Origin: an uncultured Gemmatimonadales bacterium
Lineage (GTDB): Bacteria > Gemmatimonadota > Gemmatimonadetes > Gemmatimonadales > JACORV01
Length of the DNA: 64,000 nt
Reading direction: 5' to 3'
Assembly (NCBI GenBank): GCA_963806755.1
Contig: CAWDZR010000031.1
Span: 1,385-65,384, forward strand
This document shows, piece after piece, positions 63,468 to 64,000 of the stretch. Under the pieces are notes generated by a model. The model saw nothing but the letters and a program-made list of their open reading frames with translations. It was not told the origin of the DNA and searched no databases. Made by a program: the position numbers and the translations under genes. Each line of letters begins with the position of its first letter. Position 1 is the first letter of the stretch.

Positions 63468-64000
63468 GCGAGCCGGTCGTCGCGCGCGGCACGAGGCTCG
63501 ACGTCCCGCACGGGGAGATCGTCGCCCGGCTCGGGCGGCACCGGACGCTGGGCGCCGCGCCGGCCGCGGAGCTGGAGTGGCTGGCGGCGCACGGCATCGT
63601 GCGGCGGTTCGAGGCGGGCGAGCTGCTCGGGGCGCGCGATGCGTCCGTCGAGGGTCTGCACGTCGTGTTCTCCGGGCACTTCGCCATCTACGTGGACCGG
63701 GGGGCGGGCCGCCAAAAGGTGTTGGAGTGGCGCGGCGGCGACGTGTCGGGCGCGCTGCCGTACTCCCGCATGAAGGGCAGTCCCGGCGAGACCTGCGCCG
63801 AGGAGCCGACCGAGATCCTCACGGTGCCCAAGGAGCATTTCGCCGAGCTGATCGTCCGTTGCCCCCAGGTCACGGCGGCTCTGGTGCACGTGATGCTGGA
63901 TCGCGCGCGCCACTTCACCTCGACCGACCTGCACGACGAGAAGATGCGCTCCTTGGGGCGGCTCGCGGCGGGCCTGGCGCACGAGCTGAACAATCCGGCG
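63464..64000 (+). CDS. cyclic-nucleotide-binding-like domain histidine kinase, N-terminal part (runs off window)
   Basis: Hand translation from ATG 63464 (ATGA overlap with the upstream stop) gives MSEPVVARGTRLDVPHGEIVARLG...FEAGELLGARDASVEGLHVVFSGHFAIYVDRGAGRQKV...EILTVPKEHFAELI... This is cNMP-binding-like. RSLGRLAAGLAHELNNPA is a HisKA H-box. It is absent from the ORF track because it is open at the window end. Confidence 0.7.
   Translation, partial: MSEPVVARGTRLDVPHGEIVARLGRHRTLGAAPAAELEWLAAHGIVRRFEAGELLGARDASVEGLHVVFSGHFAIYVDRGAGRQKVLEWRGGDVSGALPYSRMKGSPGETCAEEPTEILTVPKEHFAELIVRCPQVTAALVHVMLDRARHFTSTDLHDEKMRSLGRLAAGLAHELNNPA

Overview
High-GC (about 70% by eye) bacterial chromosomal segment with about 50 protein genes. 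I found no rRNA, tRNA, CRISPR array, transposase or integrase. Gene content looks Gemmatimonadota-like (my inference, not verified). It includes tricorn-type protease, CBM9/DUF5916 outer-membrane proteins, a TonB-dependent receptor with a carboxypeptidase-regulatory N-domain, many Tat/lipoprotein-signal glycosidases and DinB-family proteins. Functional themes are: (1) fucose/glycan degradation and uptake, with two GH29 fucosidases, GH116, a clan-D-like GH, two SSF symporters and a split kinase/nucleotidyltransferase pair; (2) secreted peptidases; (3) outer-membrane proteins; (4) redox genes, namely an egtD-egtB ergothioneine pair translationally coupled to a REC-TrxR-like fusion and a cNMP-domain histidine kinase, a two-domain ceruloplasmin-like multicopper oxidase, FprA, and a GMC plus ThDP enzyme set. 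The most unusual signals are listed here.
(a) A family of long intergenic hairpins whose arms are tandem HEPTANUCLEOTIDE repeats (GTGAGAG, GGTGGTA, CCTACAC, GGGGTTA/GGGACTA and others). They sit mostly between convergent genes, and the same heptamers are also embedded in coding linkers.
(b) A co-directional five-gene cluster of SBP56-like propeller, Smr, beta-propeller lipoprotein, Cas4-like/DEDD nuclease (DUF2779) and a second copy of the propeller lipoprotein. The nuclease gene has no canonical start codon.
(c) Twin 16-bp perfect palindromes in an AT-rich island upstream of a tandem DUF5916 pair.
(d) Two decayed genes: a CocE/NonD hydrolase with at least 3 frame breaks and a GT39 with 1 frameshift.
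All product calls rest on my reading of the supplied translations and motif memory. No database search was run. Most long ORFs antisense to the genes listed are high-GC artefacts.
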